64,000 nt of DNA, from NCBI GenBank assembly GCA_963829055.1, contig CAWHHI010000004.1, forward strand, positions 352,001 through 416,000, given 5' to 3'. Source of the DNA: an uncultured Gemmatimonadaceae bacterium. Its GTDB lineage: Bacteria; Gemmatimonadota; Gemmatimonadetes; Gemmatimonadales; Gemmatimonadaceae. Position 1 is the stretch's first letter. Each line of letters begins with the position of its first letter. The notes under the pieces are model-generated. The model did no database searches. It saw nothing but the letters and a program-made list of their open reading frames with translations, and was not told where the DNA came from. A program made the translations under genes and the position numbers. Below are positions 25,008 through 37,050 of this stretch, one piece after another.

Positions 25008-25988
25008 ATGCAATATCGGCGGCTCGGGCAGACGGGGATGACGGTGTCACGCATCTGTCTCGGGTGCATGAGCTATGGCAGCTCGAAGTGGCGCCCGTGG
25101 GTGCTGAACGAGGATGCGGCGCGGCCGTTCTTCCGTCAGGCGCTCGAGCGCGGGATCAACTTCTTCGACACCGCCGACATGTACTCGCTCGGCGCCAGCG
25201 AAGAGGTGACGGGACGCGCGCTACGGGCGATGGCGAAGCTCGAAGAGATCGTCATCGCGACCAAGGTCTTCTGGCCGATGGGTGAAGGGCAGAACATGGC
25301 TGGCCTCTCGCGGAAACACATCATGCAAGCGTGCGAGGCGAGTCTCAGTCGACTCGGTATCGAGACGATCGATCTGTACCAGATCCATCGGTTCGATCCG
25401 GCGACGCCGATCGACGAGACGCTGCGCGCCCTGGAGGATCTCGTCAGGCAGGGGAAGGTCCGCTATATCGGCGCGAGCTCGGGGTACGCGTGGCTGATGA
25501 TGAAGGCGCTCAGCCTCTCTGAACGAAACGGGTGGGCGCGGTTCGTCACGATGCAGAATCACTACAACCTCCTCTATCGTGAAGAGGAGCGCGAGATGAT
25601 TCCGCTGTGTGAGGCCGAGGGCATCGGCGTGATTCCGTGGTCGCCGCTCGCTCGCGGGCTGCTTGCCCGGGGCGAGTCTCGCTTTGGTGGTGACGCGGGA
25701 ACGTCGCGTGGTGCGACGGACACGATTGGCCCCAAGCTGTACGACACGCCGGGGGACGCGGACGTCGTCGCGGCGGTGCGTCGCGTGGCGCAGGGCCGGG
25801 GGATCACGCCGGCGGAAGTGTCGCTCGCGTGGTTGCTGTCGCGCCGCGCGGTGGTGGCGCCGATCGTCGGAGCGACGAAACCGGAGCATCTCGATGCGGC
25901 GGTTCGGGCGGTGGACATCACGCTGACGGCGGACGAGATCGGGATGCTCGAGGCGCCGTATAGGCCGCATGGGGTGAAGGGTCACTGA
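25008..25988 (+). CDS. Aldo/keto reductase
   Basis: SRICLGCMSYG, FFDTADMYS, IDLYQIHRFD, GKVRYIGAS, WSPLARG. Confidence 0.95.
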   Translation: MQYRRLGQTGMTVSRICLGCMSYGSSKWRPWVLNEDAARPFFRQALERGINFFDTADMYSLGASEEVTGRALRAMAKLEEIVIATKVFWPMGEGQNMAGLSRKHIMQACEASLSRLGIETIDLYQIHRFDPATPIDETLRALEDLVRQGKVRYIGASSGYAWLMMKALSLSERNGWARFVTMQNHYNLLYREEEREMIPLCEAEGIGVIPWSPLARGLLARGESRFGGDAGTSRGATDTIGPKLYDTPGDADVVAAVRRVAQGRGITPAEVSLAWLLSRRAVVAPIVGATKPEHLDAAVRAVDITLTADEIGMLEAPYRPHGVKGH

Positions 25989-26231
25989 CGGGCCGAAGGA
26001 CCGAGGCCTTAGGAAGGAGGAAACAGCGGGACCGGGGACCCGGGAACGGGGAACTGCGGCTGGTTGCTGGGTGGTCGTGCTGGTGGCTGGGTGACGCTGG
26101 GTGCTGTTGCGAGCAGCACGTAGGATGCTGGGCGATAATAGCAGCAGCGGGCGGCGTGCGGCCGCAGCATGCAGCCGTCGGCAGATGTTCCCAGCGTGCA
26201 GCTGCGTGCAACAGGCAGCTGCTCGCTAGGG

Positions 26232-27305
26232 CTACCTAACAAGATAGAACGCCATTCCAAGTATGGCGTACAACGCAAGCAGCAGCAGACCCTCGAACCA
26301 GGTCGTCTCTCCGTCATGCGCGATGGCGTTCACGCCGAACGCCACCGCCGCGATCGCGATCAGCTCGATCGGGTTCCCGAACACCAGGTTCATCGGGTGC
26401 CCCATGAAGTACGACGCGATCACGAGGATCGGCGCCGTCAGCAGCGCTACCTGCACCGTCGCGCCGACCGTGATCGTGAACACGAGCCCCATCCGATCGC
26501 GGCGCGCGAAGTAGACCGCCGACACGTACTCGGCCGCGTTGCCCACGACCGCGAGGACCGTCACGCCAAGGAAGAATGGTGACAGCCCGAGGCTCTTCGA
26601 CGTCTCCTCGAGCGCACCCGACACGAGCTCCGCCTCGAGCGCGATGAAGGCAGTCGCGCCGAGCAGCACGCCGATCGACTTCCACACCGGCCACGCTTCG
26701 CCGTGCATCTCGTCGGCGTCCTCCTCGCGGGAGAAGACGTTCTTATGCGTGACGAGCGTGTACGCGATGTTCGCGAAGTACATGATGATCAGCACGACGG
26801 ACACGCCGAGGCTCAGGAGCTCGTCGAGGCGTGTGCGTTCGATGACCGTCTGATTGAGTCCGCGCTCAGTGTAGTCGAACAGCGCCGGAACGAGCAGCGC
26901 GATGACCGAGAGGATGAGAAGGCTCGACTGCAGGCCGGCGCGTTCTCGCGGGAAGGTCTGCGTGTGTCGCTTCCATCCGCCAACGACGATGGCGAGGCCG
27001 AGGCCGAGCAGCGCGTTGCCGATGATCGAGCCGGTGATCTGCGCCTTCACCACCTCCGTGTTCCCGGCAGCCAGGATGAACAGCGCGATGATCAGCTCGG
27101 CCATGTTGCCGAACGTGACGTTCACGAGCCCGCCGATCTCGGAGCCGGCGCGGACGGCGAGATGCTCGGTCGCGCGTCGGATCCACTCGGCGAGCGGAAC
27201 GATGGCGAGCACGCCGATCGCGAACACCCACACTGGCGATGCGTGGAACACGTACTCCAGCAGCACCGACAGCGGAACGAGGAGCAGAAACAGGTTGACG
27301 ATCAT
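26232..27305 (-). CDS. Calcium/proton exchanger (CAX/ChaA family)
   Basis: Alpha-repeats [12 protein letters not shown] and VVGNAAE; about 11 TM segments. Confidence 0.93.
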   Translation of the reverse strand: MIVNLFLLLVPLSVLLEYVFHASPVWVFAIGVLAIVPLAEWIRRATEHLAVRAGSEIGGLVNVTFGNMAELIIALFILAAGNTEVVKAQITGSIIGNALLGLGLAIVVGGWKRHTQTFPRERAGLQSSLLILSVIALLVPALFDYTERGLNQTVIERTRLDELLSLGVSVVLIIMYFANIAYTLVTHKNVFSREEDADEMHGEAWPVWKSIGVLLGATAFIALEAELVSGALEETSKSLGLSPFFLGVTVLAVVGNAAEYVSAVYFARRDRMGLVFTITVGATVQVALLTAPILVIASYFMGHPMNLVFGNPIELIAIAAVAFGVNAIAHDGETTWFEGLLLLALYAILGMAFYLVR

Positions 27306-27537
27306 GCGCGGAATTTGTGTGACACAGGCCAGCGCCGGGAGCCGATGTCGCGAATCGGTCGGCTCCGGCCGCGGCGATAGCACTGGAGCTAACCCTGAGA
27401 GGGCTGGCATCTCGATCAGCACCCTCGGTCAGCCCAAGCCAGCGGATACGGGGACTGAAAGCTGAAAACTATGACTGAGTGACTGACTCACTTGGAACTG
27501 GCCATGCCGCCGCCGGACTGCCAGCCATTTCCGGGCC

Positions 27538-28783
27538 CTAGGAACGTCCTTCGACCCCGGTGACCGCGCGGAAGGTATCACGCGCGATGAGGAGCTCCTC
27601 GTCCGTCGGGATCACCCAGACCGGCAGCCGGGAGGCCGCACTCGTTATGCGGCCCTCCTTTCCGCCGACCATCTCGCGCGTTCGCGGCTTCATCCAGCTC
27701 TACGCCAGCCCAGGCCAGTCCTCGGCAGATTTCCGCGCGGACCTCTGGTGCATTCTCGCCGATGCCGCCTGCGAACACGATCGCGTTCGAGCCGCCGAGC
27801 GCGGCCAGGTAGGAGCCGATGTACTTGCGCGCGCGATAGCAGAAGATGTCGATCGCGAGACGAGCGCGGCGGTCGTTGTTCTCGTGTGCCTCGGCCAGCA
27901 GATCGCGCATGTCGTGCGTGAGGCCGGACAGACCCAGCAAGCCAGACTGCTTGTTCAGCAGGTTGTCGACCTCGCTCGGTGAGAGTCCTTCCTTCGTGCC
28001 GAGGTACTCGAGCACAGCGGGGTCGATGTCGCCGGACCGTGTGCCCATCACCAGGCCTTCGAGCGGCGTGAATCCCATCGACGTGTCGACGGAATTGCCG
28101 GCGTCGATCGCGCACGCCGAGCATCCGTTGCCCAGGTGCAGCGTGATGATGCGCGTCTGATCACGCGAGACTCCGGTCAGCTCGCGCCAGCGATACGCCA
28201 CGTAGCGATGCGACGTCCCGTGGAATCCGTATCGTCGCACCTTGTGGCGTCGATAGAGCTGATACGGGATCGCGTAGAGGAACGCGCGCTCGGGAATCGT
28301 ATGGTGAAATGCCGTGTCGAACACGGCGACGTGCGGCACGTTTGCGCCGAGGACCGCGCGGGCGCCCGCGTACCCCTTGAGGTTGTGCGGATTGTGCAGT
28401 GGCGCGAGGTCGATCATGTCCTCGATGCCGCGCAGCACGTCGTCATCGATGCGGACCGATCGCTGAAAGCGCTCGCCGCCGTGGACCACACGGTGTCCTA
28501 CGGCGTCGATCTCACCGACAGCGCCGATGACCGGTCCCGACTCCTTCGACGCGAGCCACGCCACGATGTACTCGACGGCGCCGCGGAGGTCGCGGATCGG
28601 CGCAGTGTCGCGCGTGGGAACGCCGTCGGCGGCACGGAGCGTGATGATCGCTTCGCCGCCAATGCGCTCGATCTGCCCGCGGGCGAGCTTCTCATCCGTG
28701 TGCGCCTTGATGCGCTCGGCGTCCGTGCGCACGAGCTGGAACTTGACTGTCGACGAGCCGGCGTTGATGACGAGGACGTTCAC
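27538..28783 (-). CDS. ackA: Acetate/propionate kinase
   Basis: [54 protein letters not shown]. Confidence 0.95.
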
Positions 28784-29742
28784 GTCGGTACGCCGCCATC
28801 GAGAATCGTGGCCAACTTGGCGGCGTCGATGTTGCCGCCCGATACCACGCACACGACCTTGCCGCCGATGTGATGACGCAACGCCGCCGCGAGGGCGGCG
28901 CCTCCCGCGCCCTCTGCCACGACGCGAGCGCGCTCCGCGAGCAGGCGAACCGCCGCAGCCACGTCTTCGACGCTCGAGACGAGCGCGCCAGTCAGGAGCG
29001 TGCTGACGAGTGGCCACATCTCCGCGAGTACGCCCATCCCACCAATGCCGTCGACGAAGCTGGGCGTGCGCTCCACCCGAATTGGAGCGCCGGCCGCGAG
29101 CGCTGACGTGAGCGGCGTGGCGGTGTCGACTTCGCATCCGAAGACTCGCGCGTTAGGCGCCAGCGCCCGAACGGCCGTCGCGATGCCGCTGCTCAGACCT
29201 CCGCCACCGAACGGGACGAGGACGGTGTCCACGTCAGGCAGGTCTTCGACGATCTCGAGGCCGATCGTTCCATTGCCGGCGACGACTGCGGGATCGGATA
29301 CCGGATGCACGAACAGGCCGTCGATGCCGGGATACGAATGGTCCACGAGCGTCTGCCACCAACGGTCGTAGGACACCTTCACGACGCGTCCGCCCAGCCG
29401 CTCGATGGCGTCGATCTTCGTGTGTGGCGCGTGGTCCGGCACGACGACGGCGCAGGGCACGCCGAAATGCCGAGCGGCCCACGCGACGCCCTGCGCCATG
29501 TTGCCGGCGCTCGCTGTGTACGCGCCTTGCGCGAGACGCTCGGATCCGGCGAGCAACATGGCATTCGCGGCGCCGCGGAGCTTGAACGAGCCGATAGGCT
29601 GGAGGTTCTCGAGCTTGAGCCAGATCTCACCCGCCGCGCCCGGAACGTCGAGCCTAACGAGCGGCGTGCGCACCGTGACGCCAGACAGTCGCTCGCGCGC
29701 AGCTCGGACGTCCGCGATCGTGATCTGGTCAGGCGTCGGCAT
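28780..29742 (-). CDS. PLP-dependent threonine/serine dehydratase
   Basis: [39 protein letters not shown]. Confidence 0.92.
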   Translation of the reverse strand: MPTPDQITIADVRAARERLSGVTVRTPLVRLDVPGAAGEIWLKLENLQPIGSFKLRGAANAMLLAGSERLAQGAYTASAGNMAQGVAWAARHFGVPCAVVVPDHAPHTKIDAIERLGGRVVKVSYDRWWQTLVDHSYPGIDGLFVHPVSDPAVVAGNGTIGLEIVEDLPDVDTVLVPFGGGGLSSGIATAVRALAPNARVFGCEVDTATPLTSALAAGAPIRVERTPSFVDGIGGMGVLAEMWPLVSTLLTGALVSSVEDVAAAVRLLAERARVVAEGAGGAALAAALRHHIGGKVVCVVSGGNIDAAKLATILDGGVPT

Positions 29743-30769
29743 CGCGGAGACCGCCCAGGTCCACCCAGCTGCCGGCACCCGTGGCGACGGCGCGATCATA
29801 GATCCGTCGTGCGGCCGCGACGTCCTCGATCGCGAGGCCTAACGACTTGAAGACCGTGAGCTCGTCCGCCGACCGTCGGCCGACGATGCGTGGTGGGGCG
29901 ACGAGCAATTCACCGATCTCGCCCACGATGTGCTCGTCGCCGACGAGCCCCTCGCGCTTCGGCACCAGGAAGTCGCCCGCTTCGTTGATGGCGGACTCGC
30001 GGCGATCGACGTAAAAACGCGCCGCGGCGACCGTCGCCGAGTCGAGCTCACGGGCGGTCGCGAGGCTCGCGCCGACGGCGTTCACGTGTGCGCCCGGCGC
30101 GAGCCACTCTCGCGAGAGTACCGGCTCGCGCGAAGACGTGACAGTGCAGACGACGTCGGCACCTTCGACTGCCTGACGAGCGGTGGCGCAGACGACGATG
30201 TTCACTCCGTTCGCGCCATTGGCTTTCGTCCGTTCGGCGAAGTGGCGCGCGCGTTCGCCCGATCGGCTCCAGACGCGAACGTCGCGGAATGGACGAACGA
30301 GGCTCAGCGACTCGAGGTGCGTCGCCGCCTGCACCCCGGCGCCGAGTAGGGCGAGCGTGCTCGATTCAGGACGCGAGAGCAGACGCGTCGCGACGGCGGT
30401 GACCGCCGCGGTGCGGAGTCCGGTAATGGTGCTTGCGTCGATGATCGCGATGAGGCGCCCGTGTTCGGTGTCGAACAGCAGCACGGCGCCCTGATGCGAG
30501 TCGTATGGCGTGGCGTCGTTGCCGGGGAAGACCGTGATGACCTTCGCGCCCAACGCCGATGGTTGGTCGAGCGCCGCGGGCATGACCGCGAACGCGTTGC
30601 GCCCGTCGTGCAGTCGCACGACCTGGCGAAGCGGCAGGATGGCGCCGCCCTGCGCGAGCGTGCGCAGCGCGTCGGTCATCGCCTCGATGCATTCGGACAT
30701 CGGGAGGAGCGCGATGACGTCGCGGTGCCCGACGAGCAGCGTACCTGTGTGAGCCGGTGGGGTCGACAC
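29729..30769 (-). CDS. Ornithine cyclodeaminase/mu-crystallin family protein
   Basis: ITGLRTAA, LGAGVQA, GAHVNAVG, VFKSLGLAIED. Confidence 0.93.
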   Translation of the reverse strand: MSTPPAHTGTLLVGHRDVIALLPMSECIEAMTDALRTLAQGGAILPLRQVVRLHDGRNAFAVMPAALDQPSALGAKVITVFPGNDATPYDSHQGAVLLFDTEHGRLIAIIDASTITGLRTAAVTAVATRLLSRPESSTLALLGAGVQAATHLESLSLVRPFRDVRVWSRSGERARHFAERTKANGANGVNIVVCATARQAVEGADVVCTVTSSREPVLSREWLAPGAHVNAVGASLATARELDSATVAAARFYVDRRESAINEAGDFLVPKREGLVGDEHIVGEIGELLVAPPRIVGRRSADELTVFKSLGLAIEDVAAARRIYDRAVATGAGSWVDLGGLRDADA

Positions 30770-30777
30770 GCGATTCT

Positions 30778-31284
30778 CTAGAGTTGGCGGACGCCGGACA
30801 TGAGCACGCCGCGGAGCACTTCGATGGCTTCACCGGCGCTCGCCGACGCGCGCACTACGTCGGGATCGAGGATGCGGAAGAACTTCGCGGTGGTTTCGTC
30901 GGGGCGGAGCAGCACGACGGGCTTCTTGGCACGGATCGCGAGCGCGACCTCGGATGCGGTCCCGGCATTCATGCCGCACACGACACAGGCATTCGCGGAC
31001 AGCGCGATGACGGCGTTGCGCGCTTCGCCGAGGCCGGTCGCGAGTACGACGTCGATGGCGGGCGATGCGCCGAGCGTATCAGGCGTTGGCAGGAGTCCGA
31101 CGGTGAGACCGCCGGCTGCGCGCGCGCCCTTGGCGGCGGCGCCCATCACGCCGGCCACACGACCTCCGGTCAGCACGCCCCAGCCGGCCTTCGCGACCAA
31201 CTCGCCGATGAGCGTCGCGTCGTCCATCTCTTTCTGCCCGGCGCCTTCGCCCGGTCCGAGCACACCGATCAGGATCCGTCGCAT
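30778..31284 (-). CDS. LOG family (TIGR00725-like) protein
   Basis: VLTGGRVAGVMGAAAKGA, TGLGEARNA, GTASEVALA. Confidence 0.85.
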   Translation of the reverse strand: MRRILIGVLGPGEGAGQKEMDDATLIGELVAKAGWGVLTGGRVAGVMGAAAKGARAAGGLTVGLLPTPDTLGASPAIDVVLATGLGEARNAVIALSANACVVCGMNAGTASEVALAIRAKKPVVLLRPDETTAKFFRILDPDVVRASASAGEAIEVLRGVLMSGVRQL

Positions 31285-31325
31285 ATCGCGGATGCTAACG
31301 ATACGAGGACGGTCACGCGACCACT

Positions 31326-31477
31326 TGTCATTCCGAGCGAGCGAAGCCGGGTGCCCACCGCAGGTGGGCGCATGAGGAATCGCGATCGTACAGGTAGAGA
31401 GCCCTCTACCCGGAACCGCACGATTCCTCATGCGCCCAGAGGGCACCCGCGGCCTGCGGCCTCCGCTCGGAATGACA
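31326..31477. repeat. Palindromic REP/MITE-like element
   Basis: Terminal inverted repeat TGTCATTCCGAGCG / CGCTCGGAATGACA; internal GGGCGCATGAGGAATCG / CGATTCCTCATGCGCCC. Confidence 0.8.
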
Positions 31478-31531
31478 GCGCCTCGACCCACTTGGCTCGC
31501 TCGGCACGACCACCCGTTAGGCGTCGCGAAT

Positions 31532-32248
31532 TCAGGGGACGATGCGAGCGCGGCGGATCACGTCCAGCTTCGGAAAGCTCTGCGTGAGGTACGCATTGCC
31601 TTCCGTGGCGATCTTGCCCTGGTCCGGTCCCGCGCCGTACGGCGCGCCCTCGCCGTAGCCCGCGTACAGGCTGTCCACGACCGCCATGCCATCGACCACC
31701 TCACCGATCGGCGCGAAGGCCATCGCGTCGAGGTTCGAGTTGTCGGCGTAGTTGATGAACAGCTGCGTGGATCGCGTGTTCGGTTGATCCATCTTCGCGA
31801 ACGTCACCGTGCCGCGCTTGTTGCTCTTCTTGACGGAATCGTCCTCGATGTTCAGCGACTCCCACGCGGCGTTCACGCGCGGGTCACCGTTGAGCCCGAA
31901 CTGCGCCATGAAGCCCTGCAGGACTCTGAAGAAGCGCGTGTCGTCGAAGAAGCCCAGCTGCACGAGATGGTAGAACCGGTCGACACCGCGCGGCGCCCAA
32001 TCGCGATGGGCGAGAATCGTGAACGTGCCCTTCGTCGTTTCGACGGCGACCTTGAACGAGTCGGGCGCCGGCGTCGCAATCGCGTTCTTGTCCGGGTTCG
32101 CGAGGGCGCTGTTGGCTCCGCCACCGGTGCTGGCGCCGCCGGCGCCTCCTCCACCTGCATCCGTCTTGCACGCCACGCTGAGGACGACGAGCGCGACTCC
32201 TACGGAAGCGCGGACGAGCGTGCGGCCTGGCCCGGACTTGAGCGACAT
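31532..32248 (-). CDS. Cyclophilin-type peptidyl-prolyl isomerase (lipoprotein)
   Basis: Lipobox SVAC; WAPRGVDRF, FFRVLQGFMAQFG, RSTQLFINY. Confidence 0.92.
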   Translation of the reverse strand: MSLKSGPGRTLVRASVGVALVVLSVACKTDAGGGGAGGASTGGGANSALANPDKNAIATPAPDSFKVAVETTKGTFTILAHRDWAPRGVDRFYHLVQLGFFDDTRFFRVLQGFMAQFGLNGDPRVNAAWESLNIEDDSVKKSNKRGTVTFAKMDQPNTRSTQLFINYADNSNLDAMAFAPIGEVVDGMAVVDSLYAGYGEGAPYGAGPDQGKIATEGNAYLTQSFPKLDVIRRARIVP

Positions 32249-32326
32249 GAAACGTTCTCCTTCGTGGCGGTTGAAAGCGTCCGCGAAGAAGTTAGTCGCC
32301 GGCGTTTCGAGTGGCGAGGCAGCTGA

Positions 32327-34827
32327 CTATTCCGCACGCATCGCGATGCGCGGGTCTACTCGCGTAGCGCGCCGGGCCGGGATGATGGTCGCAACGAGCG
32401 CGACGAGTGCGAGCAGTGCTACGGTCGCCGCGAATACGCGCGGGTCTCGCGGGCTCACGCCGTACAGCAGACCCCGAAGCGCCTGAGCCGCCGGGAACGC
32501 CAGTATCGTTCCGACAACGAGGCCACCCAGCGGGAGCCTCATCCCCTGACCAACAACGAGGCGGCCGACGTCAGCCGGCGTCGCGCCGAGCGCGATGCGA
32601 ATTCCGATCTCGCGCGTGCGCTCGCTCACGAGACTCGCGACGACTCCGAACACCCCAGTCGCCGCGAGCAATAGCGCGAGGCCAGCGAAGGACGCGAGCA
32701 CGGCACTCGTGAATCGCTGCTTCGCCCAGGCACCGCCGAGCTGCTCCGTGAGCAGCCCGAAATCGTAGAGCGCCAGATCGGGGTCGACGTTCTGCATCGC
32801 GTCGCGAATGCCGCGCATGGTGGCGGCGGCGTCGCGCGACGTACGCACCATGACCGTGCGCGTGGCGTACGTGAACTGCAGATACGGCGTGTACACCGCA
32901 GGGCGAGCGCGGCGGTCGTCGCCTTCCTGATACGGGACGTCACCGACGACGCCAATGACCTCGAGGCTCGAGTCGGGCGAGTCCCACGCGCTCGCGCTGC
33001 CGCCGCCGAACCAGATCCGTGCGCCGATCGGATTCTCGTTCGGCCAGAAGCGCCGCGCCGCGGTCTCGTTGATGATCGCGACGCCGGGTCGGCCTTCGCG
33101 ATCCGTGCTCGCGAACGCCCGTCCGCGCAGCAGGGGAATGTCGAGCGTGCGGAAATGGTCGGGCCCCACGTAATGGCGCATGATGCCTGGCGCCGCTCCA
33201 GGCGCCGGAACGGGGCGCCCGAGCACGAACAGCGAACTGTTCGCGCACGACGCCACGAGTGGCGCGCATCCATCGACGGTCGCCGCGGTCACGCCCGGCA
33301 CTGTCGCAATGGATGCCAACAAGCGCTCGATGAACGCGGGCGCGGCGGTGGTCGCGTAGCGCACCTCCGGTGGCCGCACCGAGAACGTGATGACGTTGCG
33401 TGGATCGATGCCGAGTGACTCGCCTCGCAAGCGCGCGAGCGTCGCGAGCATGAGACTTCCGCCGGTGAGCAGCACGAGCGCGAGTGCGACCTCGACGGCG
33501 ACGGCGATCCCTCGCAGCGAGGCGAACGAGCCTCGTCCCGCGCGCGTGACCGCTCCGCTCTGTCTGAGCGTCGTCGCGAGCGCGGTCTTCGTGGCGGTGA
33601 GCGCCGGCGCGAGCCCGCACAGAAGCGCGGTGACGATCGTCAGACCCGCCGTGAACGCGAGCAGCGTGACGTCGACATGCGGTCGCACGAACTCGCCGAC
33701 GCTGCCATAGAAATTCGACGGCGCAATGGCTCCCGCGGGCGCAACGATCACGCGCGTCGCCCACCACGCGAGCGCAATGCCGATGGCACCACCTAACGAT
33801 GCGAGGAGCGCTGACTCCGTGAGCAGCTGCCTGACGAGTCGTCGGCGCGTGGCGCCGAGCGCGAGGCGCACGGCCATCTCGCGGCGGCGGGACGCGGCAT
33901 GCGTGATGAGCAGGCTGCTCACGTTCGCGCAGGCGAGGAGGATCACCGACGGCCACCGCGCCAAGCAGCACGACCATTGCCCGTCGGGTGGTGGCGTTCA
34001 CGCGAACTTCGGACAACGACACCGCCGTCGCCCCATACGAATCACCGGGGACCTCGGACTCGCTCGGCTCCGCTCGCTGGATGGCCGCGCCGGCCGCGCC
34101 GATCTCCGCGCGAAGTGATGCGATGGAGGCGGTCGGCCGTAGCCGCGCGACGACGCTGATGAAATCCTGATTGGTCGTGAGATACTCGGGATACGTTAGG
34201 CGCGGCGCCTGCACGGCCGGGTACCAGAGCTCAGCGCTACCGGTGAGGCCGCTGAACCCGTCGGGCATGACGCCGATCACGGTGAGATCGCGTGCCGTTC
34301 ACGCGGATGACCTGCCCGAGGACCGCCGGATCGCTGCCGTACCGCCGCCGCCACAGGTCGTGCCCGATGAGGGCCACGAGCGCGCCGGCGGTCTCGCGGT
34401 CTTCCGCGCTCGTGAAAAGGCGCCCGCGCGCCGGCTGCACGCCCAGCACGGCGAAGTAGTCACCGGACACGACCTCGGCGCGTACGGGCTCGGCGTCCGT
34501 CCGACCGGCGAGGTTGACGCTGGAGAGTCCGTAGCTGCCGATGGCGGCGACGGTGTGGAGCGACTTCTCGAGCATACGAAACCGCTGATAGGACCAGCGG
34601 AGTCGCTCGGTGCCGCGCGTGGGCTCGGTGTGAGTCGTGTACAGCATCGCGAGCTGGTCGGGGTCGCGAAACGGCGGAGGCGTGATGAGGGCGGCCTCAG
34701 CAACCGCGAACGTCGCGGTGCCAGCGCCGATCGCGAGGGCCAGCGTGACTACGACCGAGACGGCGAGCGTGCGGTTCTTTCGGAGCGAGCGGGCAGCAAG
34801 GCGGAGATCGCCAATCAATCCATCCAT
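32327..34827 (-). CDS. ADOP/MacB-like duplicated ABC permease (frameshifted)
   Basis: TLALAIGA, LLACANVSSLL, RRREMAVRLALGA, RTREIGIRIALGA, PARRATRVDP. Confidence 0.9.
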
Positions 34828-35139
34828 CAGTCGGCACGGCCTGAGAGGGCGGGCATCATCTTGGGTGGCTGCACCGTAGGACGCCAGTCAGTCAAAGAGC
34901 GCTTGAACGCGTTTGCCAACGCTCCAATCGCGAAGAAGGAGACGTAGCGGGGCTTCCGGCGGCGGCATGGCCAGTACCAAGTGCGTCAGCGACTGCTCAG
35001 CAGCAGGTGTCAGGCATCAGGCCCCGTATCCGCCGGCTTGGGTCGCCGTTACCCGCAGTGCCCTGACGCCTGACAACTCGTACTGACGCGACTCAGTGCT
35101 GAGTCACTGGCCACGCTGCCGAGACAACACCGATAAGCG

Positions 35140-35719
35140 CTAGGTGCCGGACTTCGCGACTTGGCGGTACCGGAAGCAGTTGGTTGCGTGGTCGTTGACC
35201 ATTCCCGTCGCCTGCATGAAGGCATAGCAGATCGTCGAGCCGACGAAGCGGAAGCCGCGCTTCTTGAGGTCCTTGCTCATGGCGTCCGACTGCGGCGTGG
35301 ACGCCGGGACCTGGCCGAGCGCGTTCCACGTGTTCACGCGCGGCTTGCCGTCCACGAAGCGCCAGACGTACGCGTCGAACGAGCCGTGCTCCTTCTGGAC
35401 GTCGAGGAACGCTTTGGCATTCGAGACCGCCGACTCCACCTTGAGGCGATTCCGGACAATGCCCGGGTCGGCGAGCAGCCTTTCTACCTTGCGCGTCGTG
35501 TAGCGAGCGACGCGAGCGGGATCGAAGTCGTCGAACGCTGCGCGGTAGGTGTCACGCTTCTTGAGGATCGTCTCCCAACTCAGTCCGGCCTGGGCGCCCT
35601 CGAGGATCAGGAACTCGAACAGTCGCTGGTCGTCGTGCAGCGGGACGCCCCACTCGGTGTCGTGGTACGGAATGCTCAGGTCCGTGCGTGGCCCATCGAC
35701 ACCGTGTGACGTTAGGCAT
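35140..35719 (-). CDS. tag: DNA-3-methyladenine glycosylase I
   Basis: YHDTEWGVP, LEGAQAGLSWETILKKR, GFRFVGSTICYAFMQATGMVNDH. Confidence 0.92.
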
Positions 35720-35737
35720 GATCGTCAGGCGTGGCCG

Positions 35738-36503
35738 TTAGGCATAGAGGTCGTTCACGTCGGCGGCCGCGAGCTCCGTGTAGAAGCCCGCGAGGCGCTC
35801 CGTCACCGCGTCGAAGTAGCGCGCGCCCTTCTCGGGTGTCGCCGCGGCTGGATTGCCGGTGCCGGTATCGTCGGTGACCTTCGTCCACTGCCGAGGCGCC
35901 CATGCCCAGCCGTCACGCAGGCCGGCCACCCGTGAAGCGTCGCGCGCGTCCCGCGCCCGCGTCGCTGAGCGGAAGCACGAGCTCCGGCATCAGGTGCTGC
36001 ACGAGACTCGTCTCGAGCTCGCCCGCGTGATCGCCCGGCTCGTCGAAGAACGGGCGAGGATCGAGGCAGCTGTACCAGTTGATCGTGCAGATGAACGGTC
36101 GCGCCGTCGGCTGCAGCTCGCGGATCATCTGCCGGAAATCGTTCCCGCCGTGACCGTTGAGGATCACGAGCTTCGCGATGTTCGCGGCAGCGACCACGTT
36201 CGCGACGTCGGCCAGCACCGCCGCCTGCGTGGACGGGTTCAGGTTCATGCACAGGGGAATGTCCAGCTGTCCCGTGTTCACACCGAATGGCACGCATGGC
36301 AGAACGATCGCGCGCGCCCCCTGCTCCCACGCGCGACGCGCGGACTCGGCGGCGACCGCGTCACTCTCGATGACGTCGGTGCCGTACGGGAGATGGTAGT
36401 TGTGGGCTTCCGTGGCGCCCCAGGGGAGGATCGCGACGTCGTAGCGTGTGTCGCGAACGGTCTTCCAGTTCGTCTCAGCGAGGATGTATGGGCGTCCGGC
36501 CAT
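35738..36503 (-). CDS. Creatininase family protein
   Basis: PWGATEAHNYHLPYGTD, NGHGGN, DHAGELETS. Confidence 0.9.
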
Positions 36504-37050
36504 CGAAGTCGGTTATGAGTCGCGGGTGGCCGTCGACCATATCGTAGAAGCGGATCCGGTCGGGCTGTTTGCTCTTGGCGAGCAAGATGATCTGCCCGGT
36601 GTGCATCGAGAAGTGCTCGACGACGTGATACACCGCCTCGAGCACCGAGACGTCGTTCGCCTGGATCGTGCGTCGCGTGTGCAGATCGGCAGGCGTCAGC
36701 GAGGCGAGCACGCGATCGACGTCGGTGACGGTCTGCTCGAGCCAGTCGATGAGGCTCGTGGCGGGCAGCGGCGCCCGCTGATCGAATTCGCTCTGACGGT
36801 CGCGGATGTCGGCTGCGCCGCCGACGCCGCTCACGATCCACTGCCGCGCGTTACCGGAGAGGTGGAGCATCAGGTTGCCGATGCTGTTCGACGACTCGTT
36901 AGGCCGAGCCCAGATGATATCGTCGTCGAGCACGGAGACCGCGAGGCGGATCTTCGTCAGATACTCGCGCAGGTAGCGCCGCGAGAGCGCGATGAGCATC
37001 TCGGCCGTCGCTCGCTCGCCGGCAACGGGTGTCGCACCTGGTGCCGTCAT
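36475..37050 (-). CDS. DinB/DUF1572 family protein
   Basis: SNSIGNLMLHLSGN, YHVVEHFSMHTGQI. Confidence 0.85.
   Translation of the reverse strand: MTAPGATPVAGERATAEMLIALSRRYLREYLTKIRLAVSVLDDDIIWARPNESSNSIGNLMLHLSGNARQWIVSGVGGAADIRDRQSEFDQRAPLPATSLIDWLEQTVTDVDRVLASLTPADLHTRRTIQANDVSVLEAVYHVVEHFSMHTGQIILLAKSKQPDRIRFYDMVDGHPRLITDFDGRTPIHPR

Noticed and set aside
34828..35139. Small gene or ncRNA between the ADOP permease and tag
   Set aside because: Only very short ORFs and short TCAGG/CCTGA inverted tracts are present, with no supportable call.
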